A stretch of DNA of 64,000 nucleotides from Eledone cirrhosa (lineage: Eukaryota), in the NCBI GenBank assembly GCA_964016885.1, contig OZ024745.1, positions 100,564,001-100,628,000 of the forward strand, given 5' to 3'. The position numbers were made by a program, and so were the translations under genes. Positions 1 through 13,819 of the stretch are shown here, piece after piece (the stretch's first letter is position 1; the number at the start of each line of letters is the position of its first letter). A model generated the notes under the pieces. The model was not told the DNA's origin. It saw nothing but the letters and a program-made list of their open reading frames with translations, and searched no databases.

Positions 1-136
1 TGGTATTTTCTTCGGGGTTATAAGAGGCTTAGCTCTGTTTCTCGACCGTTATATCGCGTGACTATCTCCCCCTCCGCCTTTTGGGATTCTTTCTCACGTC
101 GTGTAGACGCGTTCTTGAGACTAGTAAAATGAGGTA

Positions 137-226
137 TCCTCTTGATAAGTCGGCAGACCTCGCAAGGACTCTATATCTTTATGATGTATTGTTTTTGTTT
201 ATGCCACGAAACTACGTAGTCGAGGA
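137..226 (+). ncRNA. Type I hammerhead ribozyme, core decayed
   Basis: TCCTC-TTGATAA(for CTGATGA)-GT.GGC...GCCAC-GAAA-CTACGTAG-TC-GAGGA: stem I TCCTC/GAGGA, palindromic stem III, GUC cleavage triplet; two core substitutions. Confidence 0.6.
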
Positions 227-465
227 ATCTAGGAGCAGTTTAGGTATGATACATTTTATTACTAATTATATCTAAATGTTTCTTCTCTCTTCATAATGTA
301 TTTTTAACTCTGATACTGGTTCAGTCTAGTTCAACCGGATTGGTCTGTCCCAGTCATTCATTGAGCAACATCGGTGAAGTTGGCACCCTTAACTCACGGT
401 TGGGTGCGGATGCATTCATGTATATGTGTGTGTCCGCATGTATCTGTGTGTTTCTAAATATATTG

Positions 466-515
<50 letters not shown>

Positions 516-2114
516 CGTAAACATATTAACCCCTTCTACCATCGTTTTTTGGTTACATATTCCTCGGACTTATATTCGAATATATACGGTATATGTGCTT
601 ATATACATATCCATAATATGCATATGCATAGAGTTAGCTTCTGTTTCTAGCGATGTGAGTGACCACGTAGCGGCTTACTCATCGGTGTATTAAGTTGGTT
701 GGTTTGCGTGTTGCCGCAAGATATAAAGCAAATGTCAAAATACAATTTTATCATTCAAAATATATTTCTAGGAGTTTACAAATAGATCTCGAGTTGTAGT
801 TTCATTGTAGAAAATGTTAAATGGATATAACCTATTCGGTTATGAATCGCATGGATTTATCATTTAATCCTTGCTGGCCTTCGGGCTTTGTAGTATTAAA
901 CCATCGATAAACAAATATTTTCTGTCTCAAAAGCGGTAAATAAAGCTTTCAGTCTACTTCTAAAATAAATGATCTAAATCTAAATCGTTTCATTCAAAAA
1001 CCAGCATACTGAATTTTACTTCTGGCAGAAACAATAGCTTTGATAAATATCTATGTTTTAGGCAAGACAAAATACTTTTGTTGATAGGAGGTTAGTAAAA
1101 TGTTGAAAGTATTGTTATTTCTGGAATGCAGAAACAAAAAAATCTTCGCTCAAATGTTATTTAATATTCATACTCCAACTCAACGACTGACTATCACATA
1201 AAAACCGCTACACAAAAATGTATATATGATATATAAACATAAAAAAAATATTTCTATATTACTGGTCAGTTTTAGTTGGTATATAATAGTTTCCCTACAG
1301 GATGTTGCTTGCCTTTTAACTGAAATATTATCTCAAATAAGGAGTAAGCTGCTTCCATAAACAAAACAAAACAATGTATATGATTGATCGAATGACGTAT
1401 TCTTCTTAGAATATGTTTCCCGTCCCAGAAAACAATGGTTGGAAACATGATACTTGAATAATGTCACTACAATTAATTAGCTGAACTGTGACAATGTGTT
1501 TGATACTTTGGGGACAAAATATAGTTTATGTATTTTGTTTCTCATTATTTATTTCAGGATACTTTTAAAGGCGTGAGATTTGCTGAAAATGTGTTCTGAC
1601 CAACTTTTAGAAAAAACTATTGTAGGCTATTTTTGAATATATTCTATCATATAATTAACCACATAAATTATAAGGTTCAAACATTGATTTTAATTAACAG
1701 TTAATGTACTCAGGCGTAATTATTTGCACATTGGGGAAAATGAGCTGGAAGAAATAGGATCACTTTTAGATTAATTGCTGAAAGTATCGTGTTTAATTGC
1801 TCTGTCCTTTGAGTTCAAATCCCGGCGGAGTTTTAATTTTTAAACTGTCTACCTTAGAACAAAAATGACAAGTTATGTATTGTCTAAGGTTTATCAATTA
1901 TACATTTTCTAGTGGCTAGTGATGAAAAATAACTATCTTTACTTTAGAATAGATGTAGAGACTTAAATTCAAAGAAGAATGTGGGTGGGAGACCTAACTT
2001 CAAAGAGACAAAACAGTGAAAATCTAGTTTCTTTCAAATATGTTAAATATTCAAGTAGTGTAATAATTGTCAATAAGTTTATATTTTATATATATATATC
2101 TTAAAATGATTTAA

Positions 2115-2331
2115 GGGCGGTGGATTGGCAGTATCGGTAGAGCGTCAGACACCATGCTTTGCAACATAGAGTTATGGCCCTTTAAGTGGTGAGTTCAAAT
2201 CCCGCCAAGGTTAACTTTGCCTTTCATCCTTACGGGGTCGATAAAATAAAGTACCAGTAATGGACTGGGGCCGATTTAATCGACTTTCCTCTTCCCCAAA
2301 ATTGTTGCCCCTGTACCTAAATGAGAAACCA
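2115..2331 (+). mobile_element. tRNA-derived SINE (MetaSINE-like central domain)
   Basis: A box TGGCAGTATCGG, B box GTTCAAATCC, central GCCTTTCATCCTTACGGGGTCGATAAAATAAAGTACCAG; 19-bp TSD ATATATCTTAAAATGATTT on both sides; many copies in the window. Confidence 0.9.
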
Positions 2332-4429
2332 ATATATCTTAAAATGATTTTAACACTTTTGTTTTGTTGAAATATAATTACGATATATAGAAATTACCAA
2401 ACCCATTATGTGTAAAACACAGGAATCTTTAGATTGCGTTTATCTTTGATGAGTATATGTTTTAAACTGTCTTGAGATAAACAATATTTTATACACTACA
2501 AGATTATTAGTTTTCTATTAAATGTAGAAAAGTTAATTGTTTTCAGAATTTCGTTACGAAACCTTGAAGCAAACATTTGCTAATAGTTTATTCATTTGAA
2601 TTAATGTGGGTAACACATAATATATATAAATATAGTATAAAATTGATCATACTGATGATAATGACTGTACTTGGTGTCCACTTCGTCAACTTTACTACTA
2701 TCTCGTTCAAAGTTTAATGTCCAGAAAACCACAAAACTCAACATAAGTAAATAAACGATAAAGTTTGAGAAAGTGATGTGACTAAGTTTGTGAACTAGAA
2801 AGGGACAGAAATAAAATAGTGAAGGAATGTCATAGGATGGGAGCGACAATGATATAACATTGGGCCAAAGGTCAAATAAATGTCAGATGAAATTTTACGT
2901 GTGTAAATCCACTTAGTTGCGTATTCCCTGTAAATGGTTAACTAAGTGAAAGCTAATCGATTATGAGCACATTGGGAACATTTTGAGTGAAAGGGTGAGT
3001 ATCAGTCTTAAATACTTGCTCACTGGCTTGTTTTATTGCCCACCAATTTTGTGTCAACGTAAGGCAGAATAACGAAAATAAATACATCACTATTAACTAA
3101 GATTAAATTGTTTCATATTACAAGCATAGCTTAACCTTTTTTGCACGTGTTGTTTTGCTCTTGTTGATGCTGATTTTGACGAGAATGGTGGTGATAATGA
3201 TGGTTTTGACCTTGTTGCTTTGTCTTATTTATATCAGTCTTCTCCTCGTGATGGCGTTATGGCTGGTAATGTTGCTCTATTTATCACTTGTTTCCTTGCC
3301 GTTGTTTTTCTGTTGTCATTTTTGAACTGTTTTGTTGATTATTGAAGTAATAGTTGGTGACTCTTGTTTACTATTTTCGTAGACGAGTTTAAATTTATTT
3401 TGAAATTATGTCAGTAGAACGACAAGCACACAGTAGACAAATTTTCATGGTGAGTATCCCTAAAGCGTTAGTGATACTTGAAGTTCTTAGTAGTGAGAAA
3501 ATATGTAATCTAATTTAGATTTTGTTATACGAAATGTTCCAACGTCTACACATTTTCAGACATAATTGAATTCTATTATTCAACTCGTAAAAATAAAGAA
3601 AACTGTAACGTTTTGGAAGCGTCTTATGTTTTACATTCATATAATTTGCTTTTCATTTCGGTCTCTAAAAATTGGTTTTGGACATTTGTTTGTCCACCTC
3701 ATTGATAATAAATTATGTAGGTGGCCGGGTGGGTTTGTAATTAATTTGTTACCCTTTTCAGTACCTATCCAATTTTAAAAGTAAATGATTACAGTTAGAC
3801 CCTACTTTGGCGCTTCCGTACACCCACTCGATATTTATGTATTCTATATTGAACAGAAACAGTAAAACAAACATCTTTCCTTTCTATACAGTTACAAAAT
3901 GTAAGAAATATGAGACATGATTTTAATTTATTGTAAGTCATGTCATTTTTAAAAGGAACTATAAAATTGTTTACACCAACATTCCATATAAAAATACATA
4001 TTTATTTTCTCCTTCTTGTGGTGAAGATTGATGTTTTCAACATTTTTATGTGGTTATATTAATATATAAACAAACAAAACTCACCAAATGTTTTGATTGT
4101 ATGAAGCATATCCAAGTATTTGCAAAGCTAATGTGTGCACTATTATTGAGACCATCCTCGCAGTAAAAATTGAACCTCAAGACAAGTACAGTATCTTAAA
4201 ATTATGCTTGCTTTTCCTTGATATAAATATTGCATTTTGTGTATTTTAGATTCAGCACAAAGATTTTGTATATGCTAAAGGAGTGAGATTGTGTGATCTT
4301 CGTGTCTTTTTTTCAAAATTATTATAAGCGAAAGTATTAGAAACTGGAACCACTTCATGATGTTGTTGTTGTCGTTATCGATAAAAAAAAAAAAAAAAAA
4401 GATCATCAATTAACAAATTTTAGCAGATA

Positions 4430-4495
4430 CTTTGGAAATGCCTTCTCCATTTTGTCCGCCGAGGTTGTGGGAAGGCCAGCACGTGGGACCCCATT
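4430..4495 (+). mobile_element. Short 3' fragment of the CRE/RLE retrotransposon family seen at 19.6-20.0 kb
   Basis: GGAAATGCCTTCTCCATTTTGTCCGCCGAGG resembles GGAAACGCTTCTCCATTCTGCCCGCCGGGG at ~19952. Confidence 0.5.
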
Positions 4496-4844
4496 TGCTC
4501 AACATACAGAGATATGGGGAGGGTGAGAGAGATGGAGGCGATGACCATATCCTTGAGGTTATGTTTAATGTAGTTGTGTATTGCATACTACATTTTCTAA
4601 CGTGACCTATTTGATAACTTGAGATCTGCATCTTGTAGACGTGTTATATTTTATAAGTTCTGTAGGTCTAAGCAACCTAACAAATAGATCCCTCACCCTT
4701 CATTTCAGTGAAATTTGTTTGTCACAAGTCAAAGTCTTTCATTTCTTATAAAGAATTGAAAATCAGCAGATTTTAATAAGTAAAGTATCATGAAAAAACG
4801 AGACCGTCGTCAAGATAACGCGTGTATAAGTTGGTGCGGTGTTT

Positions 4845-4965
4845 CCACAAAGCTTTGGTGGAAGGAGGTTATTACAGTAGAAAATACGCAAGGTTCCGCA
4901 CAGTAGGACTGAAACCTGAACCACTTAGCTGGGAGGTGAACTCTTCAACCACACAGCCAAACCAT
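4845..4965 (-). mobile_element. Decayed tRNA-derived SINE, second family
   Basis: Similar to 6700-6795; minus-strand tRNA-like head GGCTGTGTGGTTGAAGAGTTCACC...GGTTTCAGTCC. Confidence 0.55.
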
Positions 4966-5167
4966 GCACCTATATCTATATATTGAACAGGAATCAAATA
5001 AAACATAATGTTAGTTATCCTCTTGTAAAACAACGGGCTGCATGCTAGTCAGTCTGTCTGCCTCCGTATATATGTACATATATGTATGTGTATACATATG
5101 GATATTTACACATACAAATAAAATAAATACACACACACACACACCCATATATATATATATACACACA

Positions 5168-5232
<65 letters not shown>

Positions 5233-5277
5233 GAGAGAGAGAGAGAGAGAAACCTCATGCTAGTCCCGTCAACTTAT

Positions 5278-5417
<140 letters not shown>

Positions 5418-6494
5418 ATATATCATTCCCGTCCAACTCAACAGTTCTGGAGTGCCTGCAAAGGTTATGTGCACCTCTGGCTGACATTAGACTAAATAAA
5501 TGGAAACAACAACAATTAAAAATAACTTTTATGTGTTCCTTTATTCATTGTTACCATTCCATTATGAACATCGTGTGGTACCGTCTTTAATGCTATATTA
5601 TGTACACTCAATCGACTCCAATATGAGGACCTCAAGTATACTGAGTTCGTATACATGAAAAGTAAAATCGACCTCGACAGCATTTACACTCAGAACTGAA
5701 ATAACGTAGCCTTATATCATCAAGTATATTAATAGGCGCTCAACCAATTCTGCCATTCATCCCCCATTCGTGTAGTTCTTTTCCGTCCATGTTTTAAATA
5801 ATAAGGAAATCTCACAGTCACAACTTGAACTTTTAAACACGCTTGTATTTCTCACACACCCTCTCTCCCAACCTTCCCTCTGTATCATGCTATGCCGATT
5901 TGCTTCTTCATTTAAATCCAGCAACTAAATGATTTGTCACTGTTATTGCACTGTGGAATAAATAAACAAGCTGTCATAATTTATTATTTACTCTCAGCTT
6001 ATTGTCAGTACAAGTCGTAGTAACATTTCCCTGTACGCTACTTACCAGAGGCGCGTCAACCACCCTTTCCGTCGACTTAGCACGTTGTCTCGCCTGAACG
6101 AAAGCTTTCACATTTTTATTTTTGTTACTTTCCCCTACTAAAGCATGTTCTCACCCCTCTCTATTTTTCATTTTATTGTGTTATGTTACTTTTAGCTTTT
6201 ATTTCTATCATTAACATATTTTCCTCCCATTTCAGAGCGATTATAAACATTGTCCGAATTTTGAGAAAACAAAAGTTTCTCCGTTCCCAAAAAACGCCGT
6301 ACTTAGTGTATGTGAATGTGAATTTAAAGAATTATGGTGGGAGGAAAAGAGTGTGATTGAGTGAGGAATGACTGAGCGACGGATTAGGGAGACAGGCAAA
6401 GATAGGGTAAGGGAGGGGAGGTGGGAGGTAATAGAGAAGGAAACGATGTATGTATTCATGTGTATGCATTTTATTCTCTTACTGGTTTTAATCA

Positions 6495-6795
6495 TTAGAC
6501 TGCGGCCATGCTAGGGTACCATCTTTATTTGTTCGATTCTATCGACCACAGTATATTTTAGGTTTGGTACTTATTTTATCGATTTGAGTTTGTCGAACTG
6601 TTAAGTTACGTGCATAGACACAAACGCACACTTACACATTTATATATTATATATAAATATATATGAGGGCTTCTGCAATTTGTTTCTACGAAATTCCGCT
6701 CACAAGACATTGATCAACAAGAGGCTACAGAAGACATTTACCCAAGATGCTGCACAGCGTGATTGAACCTTGGACCACGTAGTTTCGTAGCGAAG
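6495..6795 (-). mobile_element. tRNA-derived SINE, second family (octopus OR-like), decayed
   Basis: Minus-strand tRNA-like head GACTGCGGTTAAGTACTTCGC...GGTTCAATCAC, followed by CTTGGGTAAATGTCTTCT and a GATAAAATAAGTACCA segment. Confidence 0.65.
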
Positions 6796-7038
6796 TACTT
6801 AACCGCAGTCATGCTTTATATATATATTCTTATTTCATAATTTTATGGTAGAGCGAAAACTAATTTTCTTTTTTATTATAATACACTAATACATAGAGTA
6901 TAGATGTTGTTTAAAATCCCAACCGCGGCGCCAAGTGGTTTCGGCTCCCGTATTCAGCAAGCATTTTACAAGGGTGTAGTAACATATTCCTTGTAAAGGC
7001 TTGCTGAATACTCAAACCAAACCTTTCGTGGTTTAACA

Positions 7039-7134
<96 letters not shown>

Positions 7135-7295
7135 AAGAATTAGTATATCTACCAACATATATATACAAATGCATACCTATGCTAGCAAATATATAGGTTT
7201 TGTCTTAGTAACTTTGTGGTTCAATGCAAGGGGATGCAGAACAATTATATGAAAAATAAGAAAATTATAAAAATTAACTTACTTACTAAAATTTC

Positions 7296-7378
7296 ACTCC
7301 GACTAATTAGTTTCTGAAAGGGAATAAACATAGTTTCCGAATGAAACACATGGAGAAGGCCTTTCGTCATCAGGAAGT
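7296..7378 (-). ncRNA. Type I hammerhead ribozyme with long stem II
   Basis: Reverse complement ACTTC-CTGATGA-CGAAAGG...CCTTTCA-GAAA-CTAATTAG-TC-GGAGT; intact core, GUC site. Confidence 0.8.
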
Positions 7379-8122
7379 CAATTCTCAGCTAAGTTCCCAG
7401 GCGATGCGTGGACACAGGGAACTTATACAAAAATAATTCAGTGGATGGAAAAAAGCAAGCGTGGACTAAATTACAAGACATTGAAAAAATCATTGCCTAC
7501 TTGGTCGGTGGCAAATTCAAAAGAATCAATCACGTGACATCGAGGTTAATCAGTGAGGAGTGGGTTGTTAAGAAGACAGTAGCCGAACTATTACTATGAA
7601 CTATAGTAGCAGTTTTGGCAAATTTTTGCTCAACTAAATAATTTGGAGAAAATTAAAAAGAATTAGTATATCTACAAAATTTTAGTAAGTAAGTTAATTT
7701 TTATAATTTTCTTATTTTACGTCTTTCATACAATTGTTCTGCATCCCCTTGCATTGAACCACAAAGTTACTAAGACAAAACCTATATATTTGCTAGCATA
7801 GGTATGCATCTGTATATATATGTTGGTAGATATACTAATTCTTTATAATTATCTCCAAATTATGTTGTTGAGCAAAAATTTGCCAAAACTGCTACTATAG
7901 TTCATAGTAATAGTTCGGCTACTATATTCTTAACACCCCACTCCTCATTGATTAACCTCGATGTCACGTGATTGATTCTTTTGAATTTGCCACCGACCAA
8001 GTAGGCAGTGATTTTTTCAATGTCTTGGAATTTAGTCCACGCTTGCTTTTTTCTAACCACTGAATTATTTTTGTATAAGTTCCCTGTGTCCACGCATCGC
8101 CTGGGAACTTAGCTGAGAATTG

Positions 8123-8205
8123 ACTTCCTGATGACGGAAGGCCTTCTCCATGTGTTCCATTCGGAAACCATGTTTATTTCCTTTCAGAAACTAATTAGTT
8201 GGAGT
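8123..8205 (+). ncRNA. Type I hammerhead ribozyme (monomer copy)
   Basis: ACTTC-CTGATGA-...-GAAA-CTAATTAG-TT-GGAGT; GUU site. Confidence 0.72.
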
Positions 8206-8653
8206 GAAATTTTAGTAAGTAGGTTAATTTTTATAATTTTCTTATTTTACGTCTTTCATATAATTGTTCTGCATCCCCTTGCATTGAACCACAAAGTTAC
8301 TAAGACAAAACCTATATATTTGCTAGCATAGGTATGCATTTGTATATATATGTTGGTAGATATACTAATTCTTTATAATTATCTCCAAATTATTTTGTTG
8401 AGCAAAAATTTGCCAAAACTGCTACTATAGTTCATAGTAATAGTTCGGCTACTGTCTTCTTAATACCTCACTCCTCACTGATTAACCTCGATGTCACGTG
8501 ATTGATTGTTTTGAATTTGCCACCGACCAAGTAGGCAGTGATTTTTTTCAATTTCTTGGAATTTAGTCCACGCTTGCTTTTTTCCATCCACTGAATTATT
8601 TTTGTATAAGTTCCCTGTGTCCACGCATCGCCTGGGAACTTAGCTGAGAATTG

Positions 8654-8736
8654 ACTTCCTGATGACGAAAGGCCTTCTCCATGTGTTCCATTCGGAAACC
8701 ATGTTTATTCCCTTTCAGAAACTAATTAGTTGGAGT
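8654..8736 (+). ncRNA. Type I hammerhead ribozyme (monomer copy)
   Basis: ACTTC-CTGATGA-CGAAAGG...CCTTTCA-GAAA-CTAATTAG-TT-GGAGT. Confidence 0.75.
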
Positions 8737-8784
8737 GAAATTTTAGTAAGTAAGTTAATTTTTATAATTTTCTTATTTTACATC

Positions 8785-8839
<55 letters not shown>

Positions 8840-8844
8840 GTATA

Positions 8845-8912
8845 CCTCATTACCAGAGGTTTCCAGAATAAGACGAATACGAAAGACGTCCTAATTCGTT
8901 CATCGGACAAGG
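8845..8912 (-). ncRNA. Hammerhead ribozyme in a solo Penelope pLTR-like fold-back fragment
   Basis: Reverse complement CCTTGT-CCGATGA-...-GAAA-CCTCTGG-TA-ATGAGG; same family as 35558-35625; inverted repeat TACCTCATTACCAG (8843) / CTGGTAATGAGGTA (8921). Confidence 0.65.
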
Positions 8913-9067
8913 CAATTTGCCTGGTAATGAGGTAATTATATTGTATTGTTTATTATACATTAAATTTAGCTCTGGTACTTACATAGACCACTCTTCACTC
9001 CTATGACTTTTTCAATTTTCAACGGAAATTTCAATACTTATATATATATATATGTACATACATAAAT

Positions 9068-9129
<62 letters not shown>

Positions 9130-9158
9130 ATGTGTGTGCGTGTGCGAGTGTGTGTGTA

Positions 9159-9478
9159 GTGGAGTCTGTGGTTCTGTACGGGTCTCACACTTGGACACTG
9201 ACCAAGAAACTCACTCAGATGGTGGATGGGTGCTACACGAGAATTATGGGGATGGCTCTGAACATTAACCAGTATACACTGAGGATGAAGAACTCAGAGC
9301 TGTACAGGAGCCTCCCAAAGTCAGCTCGAGAATGGCACAGAGGAAACTGAGGTTAACATATGTTGATGTCATAAGGGCAGACATTGGTCTCTTGGAGACG
9401 CAGAACATGGAAGCGATAATGAGGGACAGACAGCTGGAGAGAACTCGTCCATGGATCACGGGAATTTTAACCGCCCTA
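9159..9478 (+). mobile_element. RTE-clade LINE 3' fragment
   Basis: Translation VESVVLYGSHTWTLTKKLTQMVDGCYTRIMGMALNI...[13 protein letters not shown] is typical of the post-RT region of RTE elements. Confidence 0.75.
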
Positions 9479-9479
9479 T

Positions 9480-9575
<96 letters not shown>

Positions 9576-9576
9576 C

Positions 9577-9627
<51 letters not shown>

Positions 9628-9628
9628 C

Positions 9629-9683
<55 letters not shown>

Positions 9684-9693
9684 CATATAAATA

Positions 9694-9779
<86 letters not shown>

Positions 9780-9789
9780 TATATATATG

Positions 9790-9821
<32 letters not shown>

Positions 9822-10201
9822 TATAAAGATCCAAAAGGAAAACAAGAAGCAAACAAAGAAGGGGATATAGACGAAGATGACAATAAAGACGAAGAAAAAG
9901 AAGATAAGAGAGAAGAATAAATGATAGTTAAAACAAGGAATGCAATATTCAGGTTGTCATACACATAGGATTTATCTATATTATCATTTATTTCTTCTAT
10001 TACTGTCGTCATTCAACTTCGACTACGCTGAGACATCTTCTTCAAAATAATATCTCCATTTATCGAACCACTATATCATTTAATTTACTTTTTTATTTCA
10101 ACTCTCACAGTTATCTATATTGGACCTGTTATTTTTATTTAAAGACATTTTTTCAAATTCCAACCCGCCCGTCCCTTCAATCTATCTTATTTCTCATTCT
10201 T

Positions 10202-10237
10202 TCTTCTGATGAAAGACTAGCTTTCGAAACGTTAAGA
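10202..10237 (+). ncRNA. Minimal type I hammerhead ribozyme
   Basis: TCTT-CTGATGA-AAGACTAGCTTTC-GAAA-CG-TT-AAGA; stem I TCTT/AAGA; palindromic ACGT stem III typical of dimer-active minimal hammerheads. Confidence 0.7.
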
Positions 10238-10333
10238 CCCTCTTCCTGCTCTTTCAACAAGCGTTAACCTAATATATTCCTTCCATATACTGTACCGATT
10301 GTGTTGTTATTTCTGTTTACCTTTTATATATAT

Positions 10334-10970
10334 ATATTGTTATACTTTGGGAGGGTCATGTTGCCAATAAGAAACACACGCACCAGTTGCTTTCACTTCA
10401 ATTTATTATATATTTATAAATTTATAAATTTACAAATCTACAAACTTATAAATTTCTGGTTGGTTGGTTGGTTCCACAACCAGATAGTTGTTTATATATA
10501 GTCATAGTCCTTTCGTCACACACTCTGTGACCTCTTCAGTGACTGGGGATTCCTTTCTTTGTTTCTGTGCCTTTCCTTTCTTCTGTCCTACGCCATTTTG
10601 TTTCTGTGTGTGTGTTGTGTGCTCAGTTTGCGCATGCGCCACATCCGGGTGTCTGTGTGTGTTTGTGTTCATTTATCTATTTGTTTATTTATTTAGATGT
10701 TGTTGATTGGTTGTTTGTTCTATGTGTGTGTGTGTTTTCATTTTGTCCTTAATTGTAAGTTGTGATGTTGCTGTTCCACTCATATTTTCTATTTAATTTT
10801 GGTTGTAATTCTTTTATGCTTACTGCCTCCAACCAACCAACCAACCAGAAATTTATAAATTTGTAGATTTGTAAATTTATAAATTTATAAATATATAATA
10901 AATTGAAGTGAAAGCAACTGGTGCGTGTGTTTCTTATTGGCAACATGACCCTCCCAAAGTATAACAATAT
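10334..10970 (-). mobile_element. 5'-truncated Penelope-like element: GIY-YIG C-terminus, pLTR and inverted partial pLTR
   Basis: Minus strand encodes LEAVSIKELQPKLNRKYE (GIY-YIG E..I..PxLN end); ~140-bp inverted repeat 10334-10472 / 10831-10970; hammerhead at 10500. Confidence 0.75.
10500..10544 (-). ncRNA. Minimal type I hammerhead ribozyme
   Basis: Reverse complement AGTCA-CTGAAGA-GGTCAC(AGAGTGT)GTGAC-GAAA-GGAC-TA-TGACT; all three stems present, intact core. Confidence 0.85.
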
Positions 10971-11026
10971 CGGTTTCAACACACGATTTCAGATAAAGAA
11001 TCTTGCTTGCTAAACAAATTCAGAAA

Positions 11027-11115
<89 letters not shown>

Positions 11116-11116
11116 G

Positions 11117-11202
<86 letters not shown>

Positions 11203-12947
11203 TTAAAAATAGGGAGCACACAGTACAACGATAATGGAAATAACAACGGAAAGACGGTCAGTCCCATCTCAGTAAACCTCTAGAAATCATTACGGTTTCA
11301 TCACATGGTCACAAGAGATCTTCCCACTTAACCCAAGATACAAAGTTTTAATACTAATGTTATAGTCGTACGTAAAATCGGAGTCAAAATTGCTAAATTT
11401 ATTTAGCTTTCAACATATAAATATTCATATCTTTTCCTTAGTTAATTGTGAACAAAATCTATTTTAATTTCCTCGTGTTTGGATTCATTTCCACTTATAC
11501 TTTCTGATAAGCTTGAGGGAAAGGGCCTATCAATAGTGAATGAATCATTTTACTGTATGTGAAACGAACCTCTTGTCATAATTGCCCTTTTTCATCATCT
11601 AGCTTGATGCTAAATAGCCTTGAAGGAACGGTAGGCTAATGCGAGAATGATTATTCGTAGTGTTAATATAATTATTAGTTCGTAATCGCACGTAGCAGTC
11701 TACAAGGGAGATAACTAAAATGAACACTATCAGACATCCCTTCATGAAACTGAAATAGATGGGGATATGAGTGTGTGTAAATATATGAAAATATGTTCGC
11801 TCGCATCTTAGAAAAGCAGCAGCAATTGAAGAAAACGTTGAAGAAAGGAATATTATGAACTGACGTTCGCAAACAAGTGAGGGAAACTCTTTTTATGCTG
11901 AATTATTGTGTGCTAATTAAATTCATTGTTTGATTTGCAAACAAATCAAGCTAATTAATATAATTAGATCACAAACTAAATACGAATATGTACATGAACG
12001 ATTACAGAAATGTTTTCAACACATCAAACCAAATTTATATATAATGATGCATTTGCAAAACTATTTTATTTGAAAGACTCGAGAAATTAAATGCTTAAGA
12101 CACCAAATTATATTTCATATGCACAGATAGACATGCTCTATGCATGCGCTCACAAATACATAAACAAACACAAAAACACACATACACACGCGGCACACGA
12201 GAAGTTGAATTTTATTCATGAATAAATCTAATTTTCAAAGTTTCAAAATTTATGTATAAATCTCATTATTCCAAGTTTCAAAACATTCTTCAAAATATTC
12301 CGAAGATACACTATAAAAGCATAGTCATCACTTCTATATTAAGTTATACCTCCCAAACACATACACACACTTTCATATACAAGAACAGGCTCTCACACAC
12401 AATCACTGTGGTGTACGCAGATGGTTTGGTAAGTTTCCAGAAATATGGTCTTCATAGATATATCCTTTAATATTTTATGTTGCTCACATTTGGAAATATT
12501 TAGAAAAAATCTTGCAAACTAAACGGCAACGTTGGCTATCCAATGTAAATATTATATATTTCTGTTTATTACAATTTAACAGTAACAAGAGACTAACGAC
12601 ATTCTTATTAATGAGTTTAAAATCCATGTTTGTTAATACCATTAATCTTAGAAAGTCTTAATTTCTAATAAGAATTATATGATAAATTATGAAAAATAGC
12701 AGTCATATTGCCCTCAAAATAGAAGCCTACTTTCTTAACAAAACAGGTCACATCGGATAATGTAGTCATAGGTATACTATGTTTTAATATATGACTAGAT
12801 GGTCACGGTTGGAATACCTTTTGATCATAGGTCAGGTTGTTAGGACACTCAAACTGGGCATGCGCCAAAACCTGGTAGTTTGATCTGAATTCCAGTCACT
12901 AGAAGTAGCGACAAATAATTGAATAAACGCTACAATGTGGACTGAGT

Positions 12948-13017
<70 letters not shown>

Positions 13018-13247
13018 GCCTCAGCCTGTCGGCTGGAACACGTAATGGGACTTCATAGAATATATATATGTACAATCTAGCTGTCGAAACGGCCGGAGCT
13101 CAGCCGTCGAGGTTCTGACTCTTTTCCTATATACATACCTTGTAAAGTTATCGATACATACACTTTTGTACACATATAGAGAGCAAATAATATGTAGAAT
13201 ATACATACTTTAAGATAGTTTTATAATATATAATATATATATATAAT

Positions 13248-13460
13248 GGTCCCTTATATAGGCACAAGGCCAGCAATTTTGGGAGAGGGGAAAGTCGATT
13301 AAATCGACCCCAGTGCGTGACTGGTACTTTATTTTATCGACCCCGTAAGGATTAAAGGCAAAGTTAACCTCGGCGGGATTTGAACTCAGATTGGAAAGGG
13401 CCGTAACTCTATGCGTCAAAGCATGGCGTCCGACCCTCTACCGATACTGCCAATCCAACG
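13248..13460 (-). mobile_element. tRNA-derived SINE (same family as 2115)
   Basis: Reverse complement of the SINE consensus, including GGGATTTGAAC (B box) and CCGATACTGCCA (A box). Confidence 0.9.
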
Positions 13461-13488
13461 ACGGTCTGTGTATGTATATATATGTATA

Positions 13489-13708
<220 letters not shown>

Positions 13709-13819
13709 TATAAAATTTCAGGTTATCAATAATGTAGTGATAATATATCGTTACGTTAGAGATGAACAGCGTACGTGCAGGTTTGGTCAACGAGTATAAA
13801 TTATATTCCGGAGAAAATG

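Larger units (their letters stand above)
7134..8790. repeat. ~530-bp hammerhead-containing unit: one inverted copy (7134-7675), two tandem copies (7677-8206, 8207-8737) and a partial copy, between (TA)n tracts; retrozyme-like
   Basis: Direct comparison of the copies; ORFs 7408..7599(+) and 7902..8093(-) are near-identical; one hammerhead per monomer. Confidence 0.9.

Noticed and set aside
3383-3456. Possible exon with ATG and GTGAGT donor (MSVERQAHSRQIFM)
   Set aside because: Too short, no recognisable homology and no convincing downstream exon chain
7408-8093. Duplicated 63-aa ORF MDTGNLYKNN...
   Set aside because: Non-ATG start, antisense to the ribozyme, and disrupted in the third monomer; a by-product of the repeat
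9265-9852. Long YI/HT/CV/RE/LS-repeat ORFs here and throughout the track
   Set aside because: Translations of (TA)n, (CA)n and (GA)n microsatellites, not genes
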